Source: Clostridia bacterium (GTDB taxonomy: Bacteria > Bacillota > Clostridia > RGIG6154). From it: a DNA stretch of 64,000 nucleotides. The notes under the pieces are model-generated. The model ran no database searches and was not told where the DNA came from. It saw only the letters and a program-made list of their open reading frames with translations. The stretch spans positions 2,924-66,923 of the forward strand of contig JAZUPZ010000007.1 in assembly GCA_045605445.1 (NCBI GenBank), given 5' to 3'. The translations under genes and the position numbers were made by a program. How positions within the stretch are numbered: the first letter of the stretch is position 1; each line of letters begins with the position of its first letter. Shown piece by piece: positions 55,523 to 64,000 of this stretch.

Positions 55523-56578
55523 TTATTTGCGAAGCATAACCTTTCTTCTCAAGTTTCTGTAAATTGGTTCGCCCTTTTCAACCAAAAGCTTCATAAGGGG
55601 CTTGAAGGTTAAATCGATATCGCCGATAAACTCGGTAAATTCTCCGTTAAAGCCTTTTTTGAATCTGTAAAGGCCGTAAAGAGGATTTGAAGGGTCAAGG
55701 TCACCGGAAACACCTCTGAAGTCGTACACTCTGCATTTTTCCTCAATTGCCCATTTTATCATTTCCCACTGGAGCAGATAGTTCGGCATAACGTTTCTGT
55801 ATTCGTTTGAGCTTGCGCCGTAAAGATACCATACCTTGTCGCCGTATTTAATTGCAATTGTACCTGCAACAATTTTGTCCTCATAGTGAGCAAGGTAAAG
55901 TCTTAAGCTGTCGCTTGGCGCCATAACGTCGTACATTTTTTCAAAATATTCAAGAGTTCTTACAACAAATTCGTCTCTTGCGCCGGTTTCAACCATAATT
56001 TCGTGAAATCTTTTAAGGTCGTCACGTCCGCCCATTGTAACGGTAACGCCTTTTTTAACCGCAACACGAACGTTGTATCTTGTTTTATTGTGGAAGGAGG
56101 CAAAAACCTCGTCCTCCGTTTTGCCTTCAACGTCCATTCTGAAAACGAATCGGGGCTGAATTCCCTCAAAGTTCTTGGAAGCCTTTTTAACGGAAAAGCC
56201 GTAGTCCTTAACAAGCTTTTTAAACTCTTCATCGTCAATTTTAATATCCGGGTCAAGCTTTAAAACGTAGGCATTGTGTTTTTTTGCAAGCTCCTTTGCG
56301 CCGTCGAAAAGAGTTTTTAAAATTTCCTTGTCGTGACAGTCGCAAACAGGGCCTCTGGGGGCATACATAAGGGTTGAATTAAACATGGGCACCTTTCTTA
56401 TTAAAATGCTCAGCGCACCGTTTATTCTGCCGTTTTCGTCACGGCTTATAACAACCTCGTTTTTCCAGTTGTCCTTTATTTTTGCCCACATTTCGCTCTG
56501 GCAGAAATGCCCTTTGGGGCAGCTTTTTAAAAATTCTTCCAGCTCTCTTACTGATTTTTCATCCTTTGAAAGTATCAT
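55523..56578 (-). CDS. FemAB-family peptidoglycan interpeptide-bridge aminoacyltransferase
   Basis: 351 aa GNAT-like tandem domains with FemX-like length. Confidence 0.7.
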   Translation of the reverse strand: MILSKDEKSVRELEEFLKSCPKGHFCQSEMWAKIKDNWKNEVVISRDENGRINGALSILIRKVPMFNSTLMYAPRGPVCDCHDKEILKTLFDGAKELAKKHNAYVLKLDPDIKIDDEEFKKLVKDYGFSVKKASKNFEGIQPRFVFRMDVEGKTEDEVFASFHNKTRYNVRVAVKKGVTVTMGGRDDLKRFHEIMVETGARDEFVVRTLEYFEKMYDVMAPSDSLRLYLAHYEDKIVAGTIAIKYGDKVWYLYGASSNEYRNVMPNYLLQWEMIKWAIEEKCRVYDFRGVSGDLDPSNPLYGLYRFKKGFNGEFTEFIGDIDLTFKPLMKLLVEKGEPIYRNLRRKVMLRK

Positions 56579-56627
56579 AAATGTCTCCTTTGGTATTGTT
56601 AATATATATTTAAGAAATAAGTTTACG

Positions 56628-56675
56628 TGTTGATTTCAATTCGTGCCGTAAGGCAATTCATTGATTTCATCTTCG
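56628..56675. repeat. 42 bp direct repeat (copy 1) containing the perfect palindrome GATTTCATC-TTC-GATGAAATC
   Basis: CGTAAGGCAATTCATTGATTTCATCTTCGATGAAATCATTAT versus CGTAAGGAATTTATATCGCTGATTTCATCTTCGATGAAATCATTAT at 57286-57335. Confidence 0.6.
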
Positions 56676-56684
56676 ATGAAATCA

Positions 56685-57032
56685 TTATTTTGGTTTTTTC
56701 TTTGCGGTTGTAATTGACGCTATAAGCTTCCTTCGAATTGTTCCGCATTTGTTATTCAAATTACTATATGTTATTTTGTCTATTGCATTCACTTTGAACA
56801 AAATTTCCAACCAATATTCTGTTTCAAAGCACTCTTTGAGAGCAATTTCAAGCTTGTGTATAAAATCTGCTCTGCTCTGGGCATATTTTGCTTCGTGTGA
56901 ATTTGCACCAATTGATGAGCAAGAACGCAAAAGTTGATTTGTAAATACTGCTCTGCCCTTTAATTCATCACAGATCATAGTTGTTTCAACAATCAACTCT
57001 ACCGCTAATTCCTTGATAGTTTTATTGTTCAT
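56685..57032 (-). CDS. Four-helix-bundle protein (23S rRNA intervening-sequence protein family, Avd-like fold)
   Basis: The 115 aa core MNNKTIKELAVELIV...SCSSIGANSHEAKYAQSRADFIHKLEIALKECFETEYWLEIL fits PF05635-type proteins. RBS AGAGG upstream. The ORF-track N-terminal extension is probably not translated. Confidence 0.6.
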   Translation of the reverse strand: MNNKTIKELAVELIVETTMICDELKGRAVFTNQLLRSCSSIGANSHEAKYAQSRADFIHKLEIALKECFETEYWLEILFKVNAIDKITYSNLNNKCGTIRRKLIASITTAKKKPK

Positions 57033-57048
57033 AATATAAGCCTCTTTC

Positions 57049-57300
57049 TGCGATATACTCACTTTGCTCGTGCGATATATTTTCGCTTTGTTCAAATGCG
57101 ATATAACTTCGCTTTGCTTAGTTGCGATATGATATAAGAACCTCACGAAATATGACAAAATCAAAGATTTCTATATTTCGGAGAACCTTAATACTCGCAG
57201 GCTCGTATTAAATTCCTTTGTCATTTTTGCAATCTCATTACGAAGTAATATATCGCATCGAAGATATATCGCGTACAAAGTGCATATCGCAAATGACGTA
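57049..57300. promoter_or_regulatory. Iteron-like array: 4x TGCGATAT (57049-57135) and 3x ATATCGC (57245-57290), in inverted orientation around a central region
   Basis: Read directly from the sequence. Lies upstream of the four-helix-bundle gene. Confidence 0.4.
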
Positions 57301-57335
57301 AGGAATTTATATCGCTGATTTCATCTTCGATGAAA
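57286..57335. repeat. 42 bp direct repeat, copy 2
   Basis: See copy 1. Confidence 0.6.
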
Positions 57336-57392
57336 TCATTATACAATATATTTTCCCTTTTTTCAACATACATTTAACTGAGGTGATAATGT

Positions 57393-57473
57393 TGAAAAAA
57401 CTTGGTTATGCTTTTGTGGCAGCTTTGTTGCTGCTTGCGATTTTAACTATATCAAGGAATCTTTTTTAGTCCA
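57393..57473 (+). CDS. Possible 26 aa hydrophobic peptide (MLKKLGYAFVAALLLLAILTISRNLF)
   Basis: RBS-like GAGGTGA 7 nt upstream of the ATG. Single TM helix. Unverified. Confidence 0.2.
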
Positions 57474-58716
57474 TATTCTTTTTAATCTGCTCTCTTTTTT
57501 TTCGGCGCTCCTCTTTCTTCTTTGCGGCGTTGTACCTTAAAAGAATTAAAACAAGAATAGCAACGACAACGAAGAAAAGCAGCTTTGTGTTTAATTTGCC
57601 CAGAATGGGGGAAACAAGTCCAAAGCTTACGTTTTCGCTGGCAACAACTGGAACCTGAGCAATTTCTGAACCCTCGTAGTAGTAAATTGCCTTGCCTAAA
57701 ACCTCGCCCTTTTTAACGGGGGCGGTAACCTTTTCATCGGTAACAACCTCGTAGCTTAAAAGGCTTTCATTGTAGCTTATGGGGGTATATGCCGTGCAGT
57801 TTTCCGCAGCCTCCAGGGTAACCGAATCCTCGGCGCCCGAGGAAACCTCAACCTGTCCTAAAATAGTGTTTTCCCTGCAAACTGTTCTTACGGTGAAGTT
57901 GTTGAAGCCGTGTTCAAAAAGGTTAATTGAATCAAGAAAGTGCCTTCCAAGGTCAGACTTAGGACTTCCGATTACAATGGCAAGAAGACTTGCTGAGCCT
58001 CTTGAGGCGGTAGCAACAAGGTCGCAGGAATCCTTTCTCTGACAAACCATCATACCCGTTGCCGCAGAGTATGTAAAATCAGAATAGGTATATTTGCTTA
58101 AAAGGTGATTTCTGCTGGTGTGCCTTTTGCCGTTTAATTCAAATTCAACGGTGGAAAAAATGTCTGCAAGAAAGTCGTTTTCATATGCCGTTTTTGCAAG
58201 AGCGGCAAGGTCTTTTACGGAAATTTTCGACTTCCCCGAAGGGTCGCTTCCCGAAGGAGAGGTGAAAAAGGTGTTTTTAAGTCCAAGCTTTTCTGCACGC
58301 TTGTTCATTTCTTCCGTAAACTTTTCACAGCTTCCCGAAATTTGCCTTGCAACAGCGTTTGCGCTGGCATCGGAGTATAAAAGAAGCATATTGTATAAAT
58401 GCTCCTTAAAGGTAAGGGAATCTCCCGCTTTAAGGGGCGCAATGCTTCCGTAGGAGTTGGTAAAAACCATATCCTCCTTTTTAAATTCAATAACATCCTT
58501 TTCCTTAAGCTTCTCCGAAGCAATAAGGGCGGTCATTATTTTTGAAAAATCCCCCGGGGTTAAAGCTGCCGAGCAGTTTTCCTCAACAAGAACAGCTCCC
58601 GTGTCAAGGGTTGCAAGATAGTAGGAGGGAGCCTGAACGTGGGCAACTCTTGCGGCGCTTACCGGAAGAGAGGATATTAAAATTAAAACAACAAGAAATA
58701 AAGCGGTTTTTCTCAT
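57466..58716 (-). CDS. dacB: D-alanyl-D-alanine carboxypeptidase (peptidase S11, PBP5 family) with a C-terminal membrane anchor
   Basis: Signal peptide, SxxK motif (FSKIM) and a C-terminal TM helix plus KKKEERRKKRE tail. Start at MRKTALF behind an AGGAGA RBS. Confidence 0.7.
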   Translation of the reverse strand: MRKTALFLVVLILISSLPVSAARVAHVQAPSYYLATLDTGAVLVEENCSAALTPGDFSKIMTALIASEKLKEKDVIEFKKEDMVFTNSYGSIAPLKAGDSLTFKEHLYNMLLLYSDASANAVARQISGSCEKFTEEMNKRAEKLGLKNTFFTSPSGSDPSGKSKISVKDLAALAKTAYENDFLADIFSTVEFELNGKRHTSRNHLLSKYTYSDFTYSAATGMMVCQRKDSCDLVATASRGSASLLAIVIGSPKSDLGRHFLDSINLFEHGFNNFTVRTVCRENTILGQVEVSSGAEDSVTLEAAENCTAYTPISYNESLLSYEVVTDEKVTAPVKKGEVLGKAIYYYEGSEIAQVPVVASENVSFGLVSPILGKLNTKLLFFVVVAILVLILLRYNAAKKKEERRKKREQIKKNMD

Positions 58717-58869
58717 TTTGTTCTCCTGTAATATATAATCAAGGGTAATATATATAATTAGTCTACCATAAAACGACAATCTTTACAACAAACAAATTTA
58801 AAAAAATATTGCAAAAACAAGGGTTTTGTTTTAAAATATAATAAGATAACAATTTTTCGGAGGAAAAAA

Positions 58870-59547
58870 ATGAAATTACTGATTGTTGACGATGAAAGAC
58901 TCCTTGTAAAAGGACTTAAATTTAACTTTGAACAGGACGGCTACGAGGTTGAAACCGCCTCCGACGGGGTTGAGGCGGTCCGCCTTGCCAAAAACAGAAA
59001 TATCGATCTTATAATTTTAGACCTTATGCTTCCTAAAATGGACGGTCTTCAGGTTTGCCAGAAGGTAAGGGAAACTTCCAATGTTCCTATTATTATGCTT
59101 ACCGCAAAAAGTGACGATATGGACAAAATAATGGGCCTTGACTACGGCGCAGACGATTATATGACCAAGCCCTTCAATATTTTAGAGCTTAAAGCAAGGG
59201 TAAAGGCAATTTTAAGAAGAAAGCAAAACGGCGGAAAAGCTCAGGAAAGCGAAAAGTCGAAAAACGTAAGACTTGATTTCAGAACAAGACAGGTAACCGT
59301 TGACGGAAGGGTTATAAGCCTTACCGTAAAGGAATATGACATTATGGACCTGTTCATTTCGAATCCGGGCAGAGTTTATTCAAGAGAAGACCTTTTAGAC
59401 CTTATCTGGGGCAATACGAAAACGGGCGATGCAAGAACTGTTGACGTTCATATGAGAAGACTGAGAGAAAAAATTGAGCCCGATCCGGCACAGCCGAAAT
59501 ATATAATGACAAAATGGGGTGTTGGCTATTTCTTCAAAGAAGCTTAA
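58870..59547 (+). CDS. OmpR-family response regulator
   Basis: REC domain (D-D-K pattern) plus a winged-helix trans_reg_C domain. Confidence 0.85.
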   Translation: MKLLIVDDERLLVKGLKFNFEQDGYEVETASDGVEAVRLAKNRNIDLIILDLMLPKMDGLQVCQKVRETSNVPIIMLTAKSDDMDKIMGLDYGADDYMTKPFNILELKARVKAILRRKQNGGKAQESEKSKNVRLDFRTRQVTVDGRVISLTVKEYDIMDLFISNPGRVYSREDLLDLIWGNTKTGDARTVDVHMRRLREKIEPDPAQPKYIMTKWGVGYFFKEA

Positions 59548-60955
59548 GAAAAAATTCGGAAAAACAAGAAAAAGACTGGTTGTTACCTATCTGGGAATAA
59601 TAGTACTTACCCTGCTTTTCATTGCATCTTATATTCTTGCCTCAATCAGCCGCTATCTTTATAATCAGAACAAAATAGAGGTTGTTACCAATGCAAACGT
59701 TATTGCAAATATGGTGGGAAGCTATGTTGAAAACGATGTAAGCAATATTCCCCTTGTGGTGAATCAGCTTAATCTTAACGATAATACCCGTGTTGTTGTA
59801 ACCAACGACAAGGCAGAGGTAGTTTACGACTCTGCTTTAAACAGTAATATTATGGGAAAAATCCTTGTAAAAGAGGAAATAATTTCCGCAATTAAGGGAA
59901 CCGACGTTGCCAATACCTATACAGAAGAAGACGTGGGCACTGTGGTTCAGGGAGCGGTTTCAATTATTTCAAATTCCCGCACCATCGGCGTGGTTTACGT
60001 TTCAACGGTAGCAAAAGCAACCGACGATTTTATTGCCGACATAAAATGGATTTTAATAGTTATTTCCCTTATCGTGTGCGTTCTTATCGGAATTTTAAGC
60101 TCTGTTATGGCAGACGTTATAATAGGCCCCGTTGAAAAGCTCACAAAGGTTATAAAGGGAATGCAGGACGACGGACGTCTCGACGAAAAGGTTGAGGTTA
60201 CGGGTAACGATGAAATTTCCCAGCTGGGCGAGGCTTTCAATACTTTAATTGATAAGCTCAACGAGTTTGAAGAGGACCGACGTGCCTTTGTTTCAAACGC
60301 TTCCCACGAGCTGAAAACGCCCTTAAGCTCCATAAAGCTCCTTTCCGACTCAATTCTTTCAATGGGCGAAAATGTTGACGGGGAAATGGTTCTTGAATTT
60401 ATGGAGGACATAAACGGCGAAATTGACCGTCTCAATAAAATTATTTCAAGACTTCTCGACCTTACAAAGCTCGACGTTAAACACGATGCTCTCGACTTAA
60501 AGGTTACCGATATAAACGAAATGGCGCAGAGGGTTGTAAAAAGCCTCAGCCCCGTTGCAAAGGACAAGGAAATTTCAATTTCAATTTTAACCACCAACGA
60601 GGTTCTTGCCATGGTAGACAGGGAAAAATTCTGGCAGGCGGTTTATAATATTACCGATAATGCCATTAAATATACCCCGTCGGGAGGAATGGTTCAGCTT
60701 CTTGTTTATAACGAGGGAGAAAGATGCCGTATAGAAATTTCCGACAACGGAATCGGAATCCCCAAAGAGGATGCAGAAAAAATATTCGACAGATTTTACA
60801 GGGTAGATAAAGCCCGCGCAAGAGAAAGCGGCGGAACCGGCCTCGGGCTTGCCATTGTTAAAAGCGTTGTAGAGTCCCATGGCGGAACCATAAGCGTTGA
60901 AAGCGATGTGGGTGAAGGGACAAGATTTATTATCTCAATCCCAAAACGACTTTAA
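59519..60955 (+). CDS. Sensor histidine kinase (two TM helices, HAMP, HisKA, HATPase_c)
   Basis: SHELKTPLSSI H-box and N/G1/G2 boxes (DNGIGIP, GGTGLGLAI). Confidence 0.85.
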   Translation: MLAISSKKLKKKFGKTRKRLVVTYLGIIVLTLLFIASYILASISRYLYNQNKIEVVTNANVIANMVGSYVENDVSNIPLVVNQLNLNDNTRVVVTNDKAEVVYDSALNSNIMGKILVKEEIISAIKGTDVANTYTEEDVGTVVQGAVSIISNSRTIGVVYVSTVAKATDDFIADIKWILIVISLIVCVLIGILSSVMADVIIGPVEKLTKVIKGMQDDGRLDEKVEVTGNDEISQLGEAFNTLIDKLNEFEEDRRAFVSNASHELKTPLSSIKLLSDSILSMGENVDGEMVLEFMEDINGEIDRLNKIISRLLDLTKLDVKHDALDLKVTDINEMAQRVVKSLSPVAKDKEISISILTTNEVLAMVDREKFWQAVYNITDNAIKYTPSGGMVQLLVYNEGERCRIEISDNGIGIPKEDAEKIFDRFYRVDKARARESGGTGLGLAIVKSVVESHGGTISVESDVGEGTRFIISIPKRL

Positions 60956-60972
60956 TGAAAGGACGTGAATTT

Positions 60973-61881
60973 ATGAAAAAAATTCTTGCTTTGTGCCTTG
61001 TGCTTATTCTTTCTGTCAGCCTTTTCGGCTGTGAAAACGAAAAGGATGCCGAAACCTATGAAGCAACTCTTTATTTCGTGAACGCTGCAAAAACAGACCT
61101 GGTTCCCGAAACAAGAAAAATTAAATATACCGTTGAAGAAAAGCTTGAACAAAAGGTTGTTGAAGAGCTCCTTAAAGGACCTCTGGACAAAACAAATCTG
61201 CCGGTAATTCCAAAGGATACCGAGCTTCTTTCCGTTAAGATTAAAGACAATTATGTTGAGGTTAATTTCACGGCGGGAATTTACAGCGGCATAGAAACAG
61301 ATAATATTTTAATAAGAACCTCTCTTCTTAAAACTCTTACCTCCATTCCCGGAGTAGAGGGAGTAAAAATTCTTGTAAACTCCGGAGCATATATCGACAA
61401 TAACGGAATGGAGGTTGGCACAATTTTTGCCAACGATATTGTTTACGATACCGAGCTTGAAGACGAACAGCACAGGTATGTAAGGCTCTATTTTGCCGAT
61501 AAGGATGCAGGAAAGCTGGTAGCCGAGGCAAGAAAGGTTGAGCTTTCGCCAAAAGAGTCAATAGAAATGAGAATTCTCAAGGAGCTTATAAAAGGCCCCG
61601 AAAAGAATTTCCTTTCAAAAACAATCCCCGAGGAAACAAGAATCCTCTCGGTAGAAACCAAAGAGGGCGTTTGCTTTGTAAATCTCTCCCAGGAATTCAT
61701 AACAAAGCATATCGGCGGTTCAAGCAGCGAAATGATAACCGTTTACTCAATCGTAAACTCTCTTACCCAGCTTGAAAACGTTGATAAGGTTCAGTTCTTA
61801 ATCGAAGGACAGAAAACGGAAGTATACATTCAAATGATTTTCAACGAGCCGTTTACACAGAACGATTCAATAATAGGCTAA
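60973..61881 (+). CDS. GerMN-domain lipoprotein (tandem GerMN)
   Basis: Lipobox LFGC and two GerMN-like repeats. Confidence 0.6.
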   Translation: MKKILALCLVLILSVSLFGCENEKDAETYEATLYFVNAAKTDLVPETRKIKYTVEEKLEQKVVEELLKGPLDKTNLPVIPKDTELLSVKIKDNYVEVNFTAGIYSGIETDNILIRTSLLKTLTSIPGVEGVKILVNSGAYIDNNGMEVGTIFANDIVYDTELEDEQHRYVRLYFADKDAGKLVAEARKVELSPKESIEMRILKELIKGPEKNFLSKTIPEETRILSVETKEGVCFVNLSQEFITKHIGGSSSEMITVYSIVNSLTQLENVDKVQFLIEGQKTEVYIQMIFNEPFTQNDSIIG

Positions 61882-61891
61882 AATCAGGAGT

Positions 61892-62350
61892 GTTAAAATT
61901 GCCCGGATATGCACAAACTTCACCTAACTCCGCGTACCTTTGTACGCGTTCGGGTTCAGTTTGTACATCCCGGACAATTTTTCCTACTCCTTTACGGGCG
62001 TTAAAATTGCCCATATTGCACGACTAAGCTCCCTTGTGTACACAAAGTACACGACGGTCGCTTATTCGCACAATCTGAACAATTTTTCTTACTCCTTTGC
62101 GGGTGTTAAAATTGCCTGGATATGCACAAACTTCACCTAACTCCGCGTACCTTTGTACGCGTTCGGGTTCAGTTTGTACATCCCGGACAATTTTTCCTAC
62201 TCCTTTACGGGCGTTAAAATTGCCTGTATTACACGGCTAAGTCCCTTGTGTACACAAAGTACACGACGGTCGCTTATTCGCACAATCTGAACAATTTTTC
62301 TTACTCCTTTACGGAGTGTTAAAGTTATCTGAATACGTACAAACTTGGTA
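61892..62350 (+). repeat. Tandem array of about 4.3 modular repeat units alternating A-type and B-type cores
   Basis: All units share GTTAAAATTGCC(C/T)(G/A)(G/T)ATATGCAC at the 5' end and CAATTTTTC(C/T)TACTCCTTT(A/G)CGGG at the 3' end. Cores alternate between AAACTTCACCTAACTCCGCGTACCTTTGTACGCGTTCGGGTTCAGTTTGTACATCCCGGA and GACTAAGCTCCCTTGTGTACACAAAGTACACGACGGTCGCTTATTCGCACAATCTGAA. Confidence 0.7.
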
Positions 62351-62482
62351 TATACAGAACGATGCAATAGTTGAACAAAATGAGGCTTCGGGAACTCCCG
62401 AGGCCTGATTTTATAAAAAAGAGTTCTGAAAGTGTATTGATGTATAGCGGTTTAAGTGATAAAATTAAAGAAGGTGATTAAA

Positions 62483-64000
62483 ATGAGTAAATTAACAGTT
62501 AAAAACATTTCCTCTCTTGAAAAGGTGTTGCCGGCGGCAGAATGTGATTTTACAGAGGTAAACAGCGGCAGTGCCCTTTTAAATGAAGAGTTTTCCTATC
62601 AGGTGGCATATAAAGGGGAAAATGAGGAAATAATCCGTCAGATTAACACCGTTGAGGTTGAATCGGATATATCAGAATATATTAAGTTATATGTGGCAAA
62701 GGGGGTTCCCGTAACCTTCAGGGATACGCCAAAAACAGACAAGGCTTTTGAAAATGTGTCTTCTGCGGTTATTCCCGATGTGCTTGAGCCTTATAACAAG
62801 TGCCTTTCCGTTTCTCTTATATCTTTCAGAACCCTCTGGGTAAGTGTAAAGGCTGACAAAAAGGTAAAACCCGGTAAGCACAGAATAAAAATAATTTTCA
62901 AATCCAACGGCGAAGAAACGGGAATAAGCGAATTTGAGCTTTCTGTTATCGGCGCAGAGCTTCCTGAACTTGATATTCCCAATACAAACTGGATTCATGC
63001 CGATTGTATTGCAGATATACATAACTGCAAAATTTTTTCAGCCCGTCATTGGAAGCTTATTGATAAGTATATAAAAATGGCATCAGACCACGGTGTTAAT
63101 ATGATGTATACCCCGGTAGTCACTCCTGCTCTTGACACGCAGATTGGTATAGAGAGACCGACCGTTCAGCTTGTGGATATAGCGCTTGATAAAGGCAAAT
63201 ATACATTTGGGTTTGAAAAGCTTGAAAAATGGCTTAAGCTTTGCAGAAAAAACAAGATTAAATATATAGAGGTTGCTCATTTGTTTTCCCAGTGGGGCGG
63301 AAAGAAAACTCCAAAGGTTGTTGTAAAGGAAAATGGCAGAGAATATGCAAAATTCGGCTGGCATACAGATGCCCTTACAAAGGAATATAAAGAATTTCTT
63401 AAGCAGTTTGTTCCCGCTCTTGCAGGCTTTTTTGAAGAAAAATGGGACAGGGAAAAGGTTTATTTCCATCTTACCGACGAGCCTGAAACAGAGCACCTCG
63501 ACCATTACGGAGAGCTTTATAAGCTTGTAAAGCCTCTGCTTGGCAATTTTAAGCAAATGGACGCTCTTTCCGACTATGTTTTCTATGAAAAGGGAATTAT
63601 GGATACTCCCGTGGTTATTACCCCAAAGATTATGAATTATGTAAACAACGGCGTTGAAAATATGTGGGCATACACCTGCAGCTGGCCTTATGACGAAAAA
63701 TACGGTAACCGTTTTATCGAAATGCCCTCCTGCAGAAGCAGAATAACAGGGCTTCAGCTTTATAAGTATAACATAAAGGGTTTTCTTCACTGGGGATTTA
63801 ATTTCTATTACAGCCGTCTTTCGGTTCAGCTTATAAATCCTTATATAAATAACGATGCAGAGGGCGGATTCCCGGCAGGGGACGGCTTCAGCGTATATCC
63901 CGTTTTTGAGGGAGTAATTCCTTCAATAAGATTAAAGGTGTTTAACCAGGGAATGCAGGATTTTATGGCGGCAAAGCTTCTTGAAAGACTTGCAGGAAGG
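62483..64000 (+). CDS. DUF4091/GH123-like putative glycoside hydrolase, partial. Continues past the window end.
   Basis: Open frame from the ATG at about 62483 to the window end (>500 aa). RBS AAGGTGA. The listed - strand ORFs at 62687..63022 and 63083..63790 are shadows. Confidence 0.45.
   Translation, partial: MSKLTVKNISSLEKVLPAAECDFTEVNSGSALLNEEFSYQVAYKGENEEIIRQINTVEVESDISEYIKLYVAKGVPVTFRDTPKTDKAFENVSSAVIPDVLEPYNKCLSVSLISFRTLWVSVKADKKVKPGKHRIKIIFKSNGEETGISEFELSVIGAELPELDIPNTNWIHADCIADIHNCKIFSARHWKLIDKYIKMASDHGVNMMYTPVVTPALDTQIGIERPTVQLVDIALDKGKYTFGFEKLEKWLKLCRKNKIKYIEVAHLFSQWGGKKTPKVVVKENGREYAKFGWHTDALTKEYKEFLKQFVPALAGFFEEKWDREKVYFHLTDEPETEHLDHYGELYKLVKPLLGNFKQMDALSDYVFYEKGIMDTPVVITPKIMNYVNNGVENMWAYTCSWPYDEKYGNRFIEMPSCRSRITGLQLYKYNIKGFLHWGFNFYYSRLSVQLINPYINNDAEGGFPAGDGFSVYPVFEGVIPSIRLKVFNQGMQDFMAAKLLERLAGR

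Noticed and set aside
56685-57164. 159 aa version of the four-helix-bundle ORF
   Set aside because: The N-terminal 44 codons overlap the GCGATAT iteron array and have no RBS. The internal ATG at 57032 with an AGAGG RBS gives the family-typical 115 aa protein.
56628-57335. Diversity-generating retroelement (Avd-like four-helix-bundle protein)
   Set aside because: No reverse transcriptase or template/variable repeat pair nearby. The only RT in the window is retron-type and 36 kb away.
61892-62350. Possible CRISPR array (regular ~37 bp conserved segments alternating with ~65 bp segments)
   Set aside because: The would-be spacers recur identically as alternating A-type and B-type cores. The conserved segments are the shared terminal modules of the repeat family. 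There are no cas genes in the window and no leader.
62687-63790. Minus-strand ORFs 62687..63022 and 63083..63790
   Set aside because: They are embedded antisense within a long, RBS-preceded + strand ORF (DUF4091-like). They are low-complexity, Lys-rich and hydrophobic translations typical of shadow frames.

Overview
This 64 kb window looks like a chromosomal segment from a low-GC Firmicutes/Clostridia genome, probably a fibre-degrading gut or rumen anaerobe of the Oscillospiraceae/Ruminococcus type. Most genes are on the + strand.

Known features, left to right:
- serC-serA on the - strand.
- A ~620 nt ORF-free structured region followed by a small membrane protein and dxs-tlyA-nadK-argR-recN. 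This gene neighbourhood is the classic signature of the OLE RNA/oapA locus.
- rseC-like, ROK regulator, ClpE-like AAA+ protein, and a large secreted BNR/Asp-box protein.
- A two-gene NDT-like plus nucleoside-hydrolase operon.
- A DUF47 plus PiT phosphate transporter pair.
- A retron: the ncRNA has an a1/a2 inverted repeat and the reverse transcriptase carries the YCDD motif. A small 2-TM protein lies downstream.
- A tightly packed operon that looks like branched-chain fatty acid assimilation: amidohydrolase, a catalytically degenerate LeuA-like protein, a TIM-barrel::acyl-CoA ligase fusion, IlvE, a P-loop ATPase and the VOR delta, alpha, beta and gamma subunits, followed by regulators and a second acyl-CoA synthetase.
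- A pectin/uronate/fucose utilisation region: GH28, mtnN, luxS, AraC, uxuA, an SDR, AraC, GH4 and GH29.
- A GT2 gene with a membrane partner, and a tandem-TIR plus TPR protein.
- Peptidoglycan genes (femX, alr-like, dtd, dac) and a two-component system followed by gerM.

The most unusual non-coding content:
- A modular ~108 bp intergenic repeat family, at least 11 copies in three variants, with compensatory stem covariation. It sits immediately 3' of + strand genes and is sometimes in tandem arrays.
- A four-helix-bundle gene cassette flanked by 42 bp direct repeats carrying palindromes, with GCGATAT iterons.
- A second, two-terminator repeat that flanks an XRE plus secreted-protein cassette.
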